From an uncultured Christensenella sp. (lineage in GTDB: Bacteria; Bacillota; Clostridia; Christensenellales; UBA3700): a stretch of DNA of 64,000 nucleotides. The DNA is taken from contig CAJUBA010000003.1 of NCBI GenBank assembly GCA_910584635.1, positions 10,855 through 74,854 on the forward strand, read 5' to 3'. This document shows positions 46,840 to 54,800 of the stretch, one piece after another. The notes beneath the pieces were generated by a model, which did no database searches, was not told where the DNA came from, and saw only the letters and a list, made by a program, of their open reading frames with translations. Position 1 is the stretch's first letter; each line of letters starts with the position of its first letter. The position numbers and the translations under genes are program-made.

Positions 46840-47703
46840 TTATTCAACTTCGTTTGGAAAGTATTTTGCGCAAAGAGATAGCCATTCTTCCTCGTCAATA
46901 GTATATTTCTGCTCCGTCAAATATTCATAATCCTCAACGTTAAGTCCGTCGAATTGACTTTGTACAACTTCATAACAATCCTTTACGATTTGAGCGTCTC
47001 TGGAAATATACCCCTCTCCTGCTTTTGAAGATATATATACATGAGCGTATTCATTTACCGGTTCATAATCAAAATAAACGAATTGCTTTTTATTGTTGCC
47101 GTATCTATAACCTACTCTGCCGTCTTCCCAAATAACAAGCATTACGAAATTATAATCATCTTTAGACTTAAAATCCAAATATACTACTCCCGCGTAAGCG
47201 CAATCGTCTTCCGTCGCCGGAGTATATGTATTTATAGTCGTTAAAGTGCCGGAACTCTTAAACTCCATATAGGTCTTCCACCAACTGTCAATAAGTACCG
47301 ACGAATTGTAAATAGTATCGGCGTTGTGATTGTTTACCATTCCGTCGCCTACTACGATAGCCATAGAAAGCGCCTGATCGTACATCTCTTGACGAGCGCT
47401 TTCTACGTCTTCAATATCGCTCTTAACCGCGCTGTCTTTCAATACGATTTCTTTGATTTTTTCAACGTAGTTTTTAGAATCGTAATCTGCCGCTAACTTT
47501 GTAAGATTATTGACAGCCTCTGCCGATTGATTGGCTTTGAAATTATCGGTGTTTAATCCGTTGTCTTTCATTACCGTGATAATCTTTTCCCTAAAAGCGT
47601 CGAATTCCTCTGCTGCAGTAGGTTTTCCGCAACCGGCAAACGAACATACGCCGATTACTGCGCAAAGAACAACTGCAATAACGAAAAATAGTTTCTTTTT
47701 CAT
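46840..47703 (-). CDS. Lipoprotein of unknown function
   Basis: MKKKLFFVIAVVLCAVIGVCSFAGC (signal peptide plus lipobox). Start set at the ATG at 47703. Confidence 0.7.
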   Translation of the reverse strand: MKKKLFFVIAVVLCAVIGVCSFAGCGKPTAAEEFDAFREKIITVMKDNGLNTDNFKANQSAEAVNNLTKLAADYDSKNYVEKIKEIVLKDSAVKSDIEDVESARQEMYDQALSMAIVVGDGMVNNHNADTIYNSSVLIDSWWKTYMEFKSSGTLTTINTYTPATEDDCAYAGVVYLDFKSKDDYNFVMLVIWEDGRVGYRYGNNKKQFVYFDYEPVNEYAHVYISSKAGEGYISRDAQIVKDCYEVVQSQFDGLNVEDYEYLTEQKYTIDEEEWLSLCAKYFPNEVE

Positions 47704-47840
47704 AATTATCCCCCTTATCAATTTAATTATTGAAAAAATTTTTATTACTAATGTTATTATATATCATTACCGACAGGAATTCAAGAGTTTTCCGAAAAGT
47801 TTTACAAAATATATATTATTATTGATATTATAAAAAAGAA

Positions 47841-47875
47841 AGCGCCTATCCGATTGAATAGACGCTTTTTGTTTT
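47841..47875. terminator. Hairpin terminator downstream of the 40-aa ORF (usable in both directions)
   Basis: AGCGCCTAT-ccgattga-ATAGACGCT (one mismatch), with AAAAAAGAA before and TTTTTGTTTT after. Confidence 0.55.
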
Positions 47876-47888
47876 GCTTGATTATAAA

Positions 47889-48011
47889 TTAGTTTTCTTC
47901 GAGATATCTTGTCGCTGCGGGTTGCGGTTTAATTCTCGGATTGAGAATATTAGCCTGTGGGGACGTGTTACTGACAGGGGCAACTGAATCTTTCAACAGA
48001 TAGTGAATCAT
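47889..48011 (-). CDS. 40-aa ORF forming a complete small transcription unit at the edge of the mobile element
   Basis: AGGAGAAAC lies before the ATG at 48011. Translates to MIHYLLKDSVAPVSNTSPQANILNPRIKPQPAATRYLEEN. It has its own promoter (48069-48098) and terminator (47841-47875). No recognisable family. Confidence 0.35.
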   Translation of the reverse strand: MIHYLLKDSVAPVSNTSPQANILNPRIKPQPAATRYLEEN

Positions 48012-48068
48012 TTTCTTGTTTCTCCTATTTGAAACTACATAGCAAAAATTTATTAACTATGTCCCTGT

Positions 48069-48098
48069 ATATTAGCACAAAACGAGTATTTATGTCAA
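48069..48098 (-). promoter_or_regulatory. Promoter TTGACA-18-TAATAT reading leftward out of the recombinase end
   Basis: On the minus strand, TTGACA (48098-48093), 18 nt, TAATAT (48074-48069). Confidence 0.5.
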
Positions 48099-48111
48099 AT
48101 ATTTTAATAGC

Positions 48112-48139
48112 AAAAAGACCGATTATTCGGTCTTTTTTT
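48112..48139. terminator. Bidirectional terminator immediately after the serine recombinase gene
   Basis: AAAAAGACCG-attatt-CGGTCTTTTT. Confidence 0.8.
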
Positions 48140-48144
48140 AGTCG

Positions 48145-49914
48145 TTATACAAAAATATGAGCCGTAATATCACGCCATTGATTGCGCCGTAACATACCTT
48201 TACGTTCTTTACGATATGCTCTTGCTTCATCAAATTCTACCGTAATAGTACATATCTCTCGGTAGTTATCTACCTGTTCTTTCTGATGCGGCAACAAGTT
48301 CAAATACCATGCAAACTCATCTTGTGTATAAGGTATAATACGGAATATTGCCTGTTCCAAAAATTGTCTATCTAATTTCTGTTGCGAAAAATCAACTTGC
48401 GTAGTAAGCAATTCACTTAACTGTCCAAAATCCATTTTGCCGCTTTGATCGTTTGAGTTCTGATTCTCATATTGCAAAATAGATTTTTCTATTGCTTCAA
48501 TTTCAACATTTACTTTTTGCCTATGTACTTGAAATTCTTCCTTGCTGATTTCGCCCTCCATTCGCATATTGGTTAAGTTGTCTAATTTCTTCTTTGCCTT
48601 ATCTAACTTTGAAAGCAACTCTTTACGTCTATCCAACTTTTGCTCTCTCTCATTGACATAGCAACTATTATATATATGGTATGCTTCGATAATTGCTTCT
48701 CTGTTATCACCCCACAAGGAACTAAAAATCTTCCGTGCCAATAATTCAAATTTCCAATCACATATCTCACTTAAATCGCAATATCCCTCTGATGCCACCC
48801 CCGAATCATCGCGTAAACGTTTTGAGCCATTGTTCAACTGATTATAGCACTTGTACCCATAAATAATTTCGCCGTTCAAATTAACTCGCCATTTATTCTT
48901 TCTCATTGCAGAGCCACAACGACACTTTAATTTATGCACCCATACATCTTCACTACTGTGATAGCCTGTTACATTACTACCAAAACGTCTATGAACCTCT
49001 GCGTGCTTTGATTCCCTGATCTCTTTACACTTCTCCCAAAGTTCTTCGGAAATAATAGGCTCAAAATCACCCTTGATATAAAGATGTGTACTTTCATCTC
49101 TGTTTATGATAGATTTTTGATCCAAGAAGTTATTACGGCAAGATTTTAGATAACATTTGTACCCTTTATAAGTTGCATTATGTAAAATGCGAGATATTTT
49201 AGTACATTCCCAACGAACAAGTCCCGAACCGTCTTTTCTCTGTCTTTGTACAAGTTCGCTAACTATCTTTTTGAAACCTAATCCTTGTGCATAAAGATTA
49301 TATATCAATCGCACCGTTTCCGCTTGTTCCTCATTTATAACGTAAGTGTCTCCAACTCTATCATAGCCGAGAATATTTCCGTTTCCATACAGCACACCTT
49401 TATCTCGGCTTATTTTTTGTCCTGCTCTCACACGCTCGGAAGTTTTACGGCTTTCCTCTTGTGCCAAAGTTGCCATAATTGTTAAACGCAATTCCCCGTC
49501 GTTGTCCATAGTCCAAATATTATCTTCAACAAAATAGACTTCAATTCCGTAATTCTTCAGCTCACGGGTAGTGATCAACGTGTCAACGGTGTTTCGCGCA
49601 AATCGGCAGACTTCGCGTGTAACAATTAAATCAAACTTTCGCTCTTTGGCATCGGCAAGCATTTCCAAAAACGCAGGTCTTTTCTTTGCTTGCGTACCGG
49701 TAATACCCTCATCAATATATTTCCGCAAAACCGTCCAATTAGAATGATACTTCGTTTGATCGTCATACCATTGCAACTGATTTTGCAACGCAGACAACTG
49801 CGCTTCATGTTCAGTGGAAACACGCCCGTAATATACAATTTTACGCGGTCTGTTCCTGTCTAAAACATTTACATTTGTAGGCATCACCATTCGATTTGTT
49901 CCGTAAAAATCCAT
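48145..49914 (-). CDS. Large serine recombinase (integrase)
   Basis: Resolvase catalytic domain (IVYYGRVSTEHEAQ..LIVTREVCRFARN), recombinase domain (..LGYDRVGDTYVINEEQAETVRLIY..), zinc ribbon (KCRCGSAM..YKCYN) and a C-terminal coiled coil. Confidence 0.92.
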   Translation of the reverse strand: MDFYGTNRMVMPTNVNVLDRNRPRKIVYYGRVSTEHEAQLSALQNQLQWYDDQTKYHSNWTVLRKYIDEGITGTQAKKRPAFLEMLADAKERKFDLIVTREVCRFARNTVDTLITTRELKNYGIEVYFVEDNIWTMDNDGELRLTIMATLAQEESRKTSERVRAGQKISRDKGVLYGNGNILGYDRVGDTYVINEEQAETVRLIYNLYAQGLGFKKIVSELVQRQRKDGSGLVRWECTKISRILHNATYKGYKCYLKSCRNNFLDQKSIINRDESTHLYIKGDFEPIISEELWEKCKEIRESKHAEVHRRFGSNVTGYHSSEDVWVHKLKCRCGSAMRKNKWRVNLNGEIIYGYKCYNQLNNGSKRLRDDSGVASEGYCDLSEICDWKFELLARKIFSSLWGDNREAIIEAYHIYNSCYVNEREQKLDRRKELLSKLDKAKKKLDNLTNMRMEGEISKEEFQVHRQKVNVEIEAIEKSILQYENQNSNDQSGKMDFGQLSELLTTQVDFSQQKLDRQFLEQAIFRIIPYTQDEFAWYLNLLPHQKEQVDNYREICTITVEFDEARAYRKERKGMLRRNQWRDITAHIFV

Positions 49915-49924
49915 AATATTCTCC

Positions 49925-50095
49925 TTATGCCGCTTGTTTATTTCGGCTTAATTTAGTATTACTTTTTTGACTTCGTATATATCTGTCCTTGCTTTTTAGA
50001 ACACGCTCGTATGTCCCCAAATTCAACTGCCCTTTATGGTACATTGCTTCTAAAAGCAAATAGCCAATATACTTACTATCCAATATCTTCTTCAC
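49925..50095 (-). CDS. 56-aa basic protein upstream of the recombinase (possible directionality/accessory factor)
   Basis: GTG at 50095 behind GAGAGGGG. Translates to VKKILDSKYIGYLLLEAMYHKGQLNLGTYERVLKSKDRYIRSQKSNTKLSRNKQAA. The track's longer version starts on a TTG inside repeat copy 1. Confidence 0.45.
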   Translation of the reverse strand: MKKILDSKYIGYLLLEAMYHKGQLNLGTYERVLKSKDRYIRSQKSNTKLSRNKQAA

Positions 50096-50108
50096 TAATT
50101 CCCCTCTC

Positions 50109-50183
50109 AAAAAAATAGAGAGGGTTTGAATTGCTTTTTCGCAAACCAAACCCTCTCTGTTGCCCAACGGATTAAATGATTTT
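50109..50183 (-). repeat. Leader/terminator module, copy 1
   Basis: Minus sense: AAAATCATTTAATCCGTTGGGCAAC, then hairpin AGAGAGGGTTTG..CAAACCCTCTCT, then ATTTTTTTG. It is directly followed by the RBS and GTG of the 56-aa gene. Confidence 0.7.
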
Positions 50184-50228
50184 ACTTTCTTGCTTTTAAT
50201 GATAATTTACATTACCACCTCTACACTT

Positions 50229-50309
50229 AAAAATAAGAAAAGGATTTGAAATGCTTTGTGCAAATCAAACCCTCTCTGTTACCCAACGGATTAAATGATT
50301 TCTTATTTA
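50229..50309 (-). repeat. Leader/terminator module, copy 2
   Basis: Minus sense: TAAATAAGAAATCATTTAATCCGTTGGGTAAC, then hairpin AGAGAGGGTTTGA..TCAAATCCTTTTCT (keeps pairing through G-U), then TATTTTT. It starts 4 nt after the fic stop. Confidence 0.65.
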
Positions 50310-50313
50310 GTTG

Positions 50314-51222
50314 TTACATCTCTAAATCAGAGCCGCCACTGCTTCCCCCACCGCCGTCATCGTCAGTTTCACTCTGTGATAAACCTCCGCCTGCGTATAT
50401 AGACAGCCATAGTTTCATACTTGAAAGCTCGCTTTCAGCAAGCAGTTTTGCCATACCTTCTGTCTTGCTTTCAGGGCGCGTACTGTATTTTTCTTTGTCC
50501 CTATAAGAGCTTATTGCGGCATAGTACCTATCTCTTTCTTCATAACGAATATCGACAGGTAAAAGTCCCAACGAAATCATTTCATAGATTAAAAGCAATC
50601 TGCCCGTTCTTCCGTTACCGTCTATAAACGGGTGTATGTTCTCAAACTCTATATGATGCTTTGCAAGGTTATGGAACAAGTCAACCCAATTAAACTGTCC
50701 TTTTTCCGCAAGTTCGGCGTGATGCCTACAATCCACCTGCAATTCTTCTGAATACGCTTTCATCTTTTCAGGCACTTGCGTAGGCGGACAAGGTGTGTAC
50801 ACTATACGCGACAGACTTCCCACATAGTTTTGTATCTTTCTGTATTTACCCGCTTCGTCATCGCCACGCAATACAAAGCTGTGAATTTTCTTTATAAAGT
50901 CCTCTGTTATCGGCTTTTTCTCTTTAAGCGATTCATACAGAAAATCAAACGCTTGCTTGTACCCAATAATATCTTCGCTTTCGCGCAGAGAGTGCGCACC
51001 TGTTACAATTCCCTTTTCGATAAGCAACTTCGTTTCGTCAAACGTAAATGTATTGCCCTCTATGGCGTTTGAATTGTGCGTTGCGCTGATTGAAAACTCA
51101 TTATTGAAATATTTAAGTTCACTCGCCGACAGCGGACGTACCTTTTTCATAAGAGCATAGCACTCGTCTATCTCATTTATGATGTCTATGTACTTTTGCT
51201 GTTCTTCCATTTTTTTAGACAT
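50314..51222 (-). CDS. Fic family protein (AMPylase-type Fido domain) with an intramolecular inhibitory motif
   Basis: Active-site HPFIDGNGRTGRLL. N-terminal SNAIEGN matches the (S/T)xxxE(G/N) inhibitory helix of class II Fic proteins. Gly/Asp/Ser-rich tail ending DLEM. Confidence 0.9.
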   Translation of the reverse strand: MSKKMEEQQKYIDIINEIDECYALMKKVRPLSASELKYFNNEFSISATHNSNAIEGNTFTFDETKLLIEKGIVTGAHSLRESEDIIGYKQAFDFLYESLKEKKPITEDFIKKIHSFVLRGDDEAGKYRKIQNYVGSLSRIVYTPCPPTQVPEKMKAYSEELQVDCRHHAELAEKGQFNWVDLFHNLAKHHIEFENIHPFIDGNGRTGRLLLIYEMISLGLLPVDIRYEERDRYYAAISSYRDKEKYSTRPESKTEGMAKLLAESELSSMKLWLSIYAGGGLSQSETDDDGGGGSSGGSDLEM

Positions 51223-51245
51223 AGCCCTGCTCTCCTTTGCTTTAT

Positions 51246-51274
51246 ATTATACTCATTTTGCACTGAATAGTCAA
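51246..51274 (-). promoter_or_regulatory. Consensus promoter TTGACT-17-TATAAT dedicated to fic
   Basis: On the minus strand, TTGACT (51274-51269), 17 nt, TATAAT (51251-51246), then AAGGAGAG and the ATG at 51222. Confidence 0.7.
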
Positions 51275-51276
51275 GA

Positions 51277-51690
51277 CTAATAAGCACGCACAAAACTCTT
51301 TTTAACAAGCCGAAAGCCTTTTCTGAAAATAATCGGCAGAGTTTCGACATTTAGCTCTCCGTCTTTCAACGATATTACTTTCACGCCGTTCTCCGTAAGA
51401 AAATTAACTTCGTGCGTTATCTCTATCGGGGAATTGCCAAGCACATCAAGTTCAGGAACAAGCAATACCTCAAATTCACGGTACTTTGCCTGCAACCTTA
51501 AATTGCTGTATGTAAGCGCGTCCATTTTACCGCTTTCCAATATCGTACGCATCGCCGATAGCCCATTTGCTTTTGTATATTCGGTCAATACTTCGCTTTG
51601 GCTTTGCAATTCCGCACGATCCCCTGCTACCGAACGACAATATAATATTGCCTTCTTCGCTGTCCCTTTACTTACCGCTTGATTGTTCAT
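51277..51690 (-). CDS. 137-aa resolvase-catalytic-domain-like protein, probably catalytically degenerate, no DNA-binding domain
   Basis: AILYCRSVAGDRAELQSQ..EVLLVPELDVLGN..GVKVISL follows the serine-recombinase N-domain layout, but the YxRxS serine register is shifted (YCRSV) and the DRLGR arginines are absent. Start is at the ATG at 51690 behind AGGAGG. Confidence 0.55.
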   Translation of the reverse strand: MNNQAVSKGTAKKAILYCRSVAGDRAELQSQSEVLTEYTKANGLSAMRTILESGKMDALTYSNLRLQAKYREFEVLLVPELDVLGNSPIEITHEVNFLTENGVKVISLKDGELNVETLPIIFRKGFRLVKKSFVRAY

Positions 51691-51705
51691 ATACGCTGAC
51701 CTCCT

Positions 51706-51785
51706 ATAAAATAAAAGAGGGTTTGATTGCTTTTGCAAATCAAACCCTCTCTGTTACCCAACGGATTAAATGATTTCCTATTTAA
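51706..51785 (-). repeat. Leader/terminator module, copy 3 (between a promoter and the resolvase-like gene)
   Basis: Minus sense: TAAATAGGAAATCATTTAATCCGTTGGGTAAC, then hairpin AGAGGGTTTGATTTGC-aaaa-GCAATCAAACCCTCT, then TTTATTTT, then AGGAGG and ATG. Confidence 0.7.
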
Positions 51786-51793
51786 CTGCAATC

Positions 51794-51822
51794 ATTATAA
51801 CATTTTTATTCTGGTTTGTAAA
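51794..51822 (-). promoter_or_regulatory. Promoter TTTACA-17-TATAAT immediately upstream of module copy 3
   Basis: On the minus strand, TTTACA (51822-51817), 17 nt, TATAAT (51799-51794). Confidence 0.6.
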
Positions 51823-51848
51823 GGGACCCGAAGCATTTTCTTCAAAAA

Positions 51849-54800
51849 TTAAGCAACTTCCGCTTCGTCCTCGTCGTCATCTTCATTGAGTATTTCTACA
51901 ATAGGTTTTGCTTCCGTATCTTCGTCCAAGACTATTGGTGTTTCCTGCTTGCCCAAGTCAAGTTCCGCATCTATCGCCGCAAGCTCGTTACGCAACTGCT
52001 CTGCTTCTTCTGCCTGCTCAAACGGTTTATCTACTTGCTCTTTTGCCGCCGCCAAATCTTCTTCGATACTTGCCTTTTCCGATTGTGAACGGCGCATTTG
52101 AAGATCAAAATCATCCAAACCGTTTTCCAATCGCATGATTGTTCCCACATCGCTATCAGATATTGCAATATCATACTCGCCTGCGCCTATAAGTTTGACT
52201 GAATATGTGTCGCCCTTTTTTGCCTGCGGAACAATCTTGAATCCTTTTATAAATCCGACATTTTTACCAACATACTCGCCAGACTTTACAACTCGAATCA
52301 ACAACGCACCTGCATCTTTTCTTTCTTCGTAACTGTTTTTGCCGATACGAATTAAATCCTTATCATGTTCGTTACGAAGTTGAATATCGTCCTGCAAGTT
52401 CTTTATTTTTACTTCACGAGCGTTTATTCTTTCAGGTGCGTGATAAATCTGCGCCTGTAAAGCATATCGGTTATCACGGTAAACTTTTTCCAAATCACTC
52501 AACTGTCCTAACCGCATCTCGATTTCCATTTTTCTCTTGATTTTCGGGTTATCCGAAGTTATGGCTTTTATTTCGGCAAACGATAATGTTGCATCGTCAA
52601 TATCTTCCGCAACTCGTACCGATAAATCGCCACGGTTGATTTGTGATATAAACCGCTGCTTCGTTTCCAAAATCTGATATGAGTACGCATCGAATGTACG
52701 CTTCGTAACATAGGTAAACAGATATACTTCTTTGTTCTCGTTACCCTGTCTTACTATGCGCCCCTCACGCTGTTCCAAGTCGCTTGGTCTGAACGGTGTG
52801 TCCAAGTGATGCAACGCTATTAACTTGTTCTGAAAGTTTGTACCCGCACCACACTTTTCGGTAGAGCCGAGAAACACTCGAACTTCGCCGTTCCTTACCC
52901 TGTCGAAAATATCTTGCTTCTGCTGATCGGTTTTGGCTTCGTGAACGTAGGCGATTTCTTCTTCGGGTATTCCGCACTCGATTAGTTTGCGCTTAATATC
53001 GTTGTACACATCGAAGTCCTGTTCGGGGTTATAATCGCCGTACATTTTCTTTGGGGTTGACATATCACAGAATACAACCTGCGTACAACGCTGTTCTGCC
53101 GTATCCGACCAAATTTTATAGATATTATCTACACAACGGTTAATCTTACTGTTGCTATCGTCGGGTATCGTCGAATCAAAGCATCTCGGATCAAGCGCAA
53201 TCATTTTGCCGTCATGGGTAACGCATAGCATATTATCTTCCCACGGCTCAACCGCGCCCGCAGATATTTTCTCTGAACGTTCAACTATCTGATCGTTCAA
53301 TTCCAATATCGTGTCCGTCGGCTCTAACTGCTCAACAATCTTTTTTGCTTCCGGCACAGGCAAGTTCAGCATATCCGCCGTTTTAACGTCTGCGAAACTG
53401 CGATACATTTTCAAGAGTTCGGGCAAGTTCGTAAACTTCGCAACCCTTGTTCTCGTTCTGTAACCCTGACCGCTCGGCGCAAGTTCCAACGCCGTTATTG
53501 TTTCGGTGTATAACGCCGCCCACGAATCGAAAAATTGTAACCCGACTTCCCTTAAACCGTTTCTCTGCAAATAGGTCTGCAACGTGTACATCTCGACAAG
53601 TGAGTTGCTTATAGGCGTACCCGTCGCAAAGACTACACCTCTGTCGCCGCCGCGTACTTCGCCTATGTATTCGCACTTCAAGTCCATATCCGATGAACGT
53701 TGCGACATAGCTCTGCTTATGCCTGAAACATTGTTCATTTTCGTAAAGATAAACTTGTTCTTGTACTTATGCGCTTCGTCTACGAAAATATAATCTACGC
53801 CCAAATCCTCGAACTGCAACAAATCGTCTTTCTTTTCTGCACTCGTCAATTTTTCAAGCTGCGCTCTTTTATTTTTCAAGGTGCGTTCCAAGTCTTTAAT
53901 ACGCAATCTTTCGCCCCTTTCATCTTTTGTCTGACGAATACCTATCTCGATTTCGGCTATTTCTCTGTTCAGTCTTTCTTCCTGTCTTTGCCGTGAAATG
54001 GGTATCTTCTCAAAACTCGACATAGCGATAACTACCGCGTCCCAATCTCCCGTTGCCACCTTTGCGACAAACCTTTTACGGCTCGTCTTTTCAAAGTCTT
54101 TCTTTGTTGCCATAAGCACGTTGGCGTTTGGATAGAGAGTTCTGAACTCGTTAGCCCATTGAACGACCAAGTGATTAGGCACAACGATTATAGGCTTCTT
54201 TGCCGTACCGCACTCTTTGAGCTTCATACAGGCTGCCGCAATCTCGAATGTCTTTCCTGCGCCTACCGAATGATGCAGCAATACGTTGTTGCCTTGCAAC
54301 ATTCTCGCAACTGCATCTTTCTGATACGGCTTCAATGTAATTTCGGGATTCATGCCCGGAAACTCTAAATAGCTTCCGTCGAACTGCGGTACAACCGTTG
54401 TGTTGTATATTTCGTTGTATTTATTTACAAGGTGTTCTCGTCTTTGCGGTTCGTCGAATATCCACCGCTTGAACTCGTCGTATATCTTTCTTTGCCTTTC
54501 ACGAACTGCGATAGTTTCTTTCTTGTTCGTTACGCGCTTCTTCTTGCCGTCCTCCTCAACTTCGTCCGTTATTGTCGGTGTTTGCTGATTAAGGCAACGC
54601 TCGAACACCTGAAATGCGTCCATTCTTTCCGTTCCGAATACAGAACGTGCTTTTACGCTTTGGCGCATCCATGCAGGTCTGTCAACTCGCCATTCGCCCG
54701 TTATAGCGTTAAACACGACTTCAACGTAGTTGGTATAAGCCGGATTAACATCAAGCAGTTCGCAAATGAACTGCTTATAGTATTTTGTATCAACCCAATT

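Noticed and set aside
47965-47975. GTGTTACTGAC inside the 40-aa ORF, resembling a half-site of the switch repeats (..GTGTACTTTTACTGACC)
   Set aside because: Only about 8 contiguous nucleotides (TTACTGAC) match, with no partner arm or TGTACA core. That is compatible with chance.
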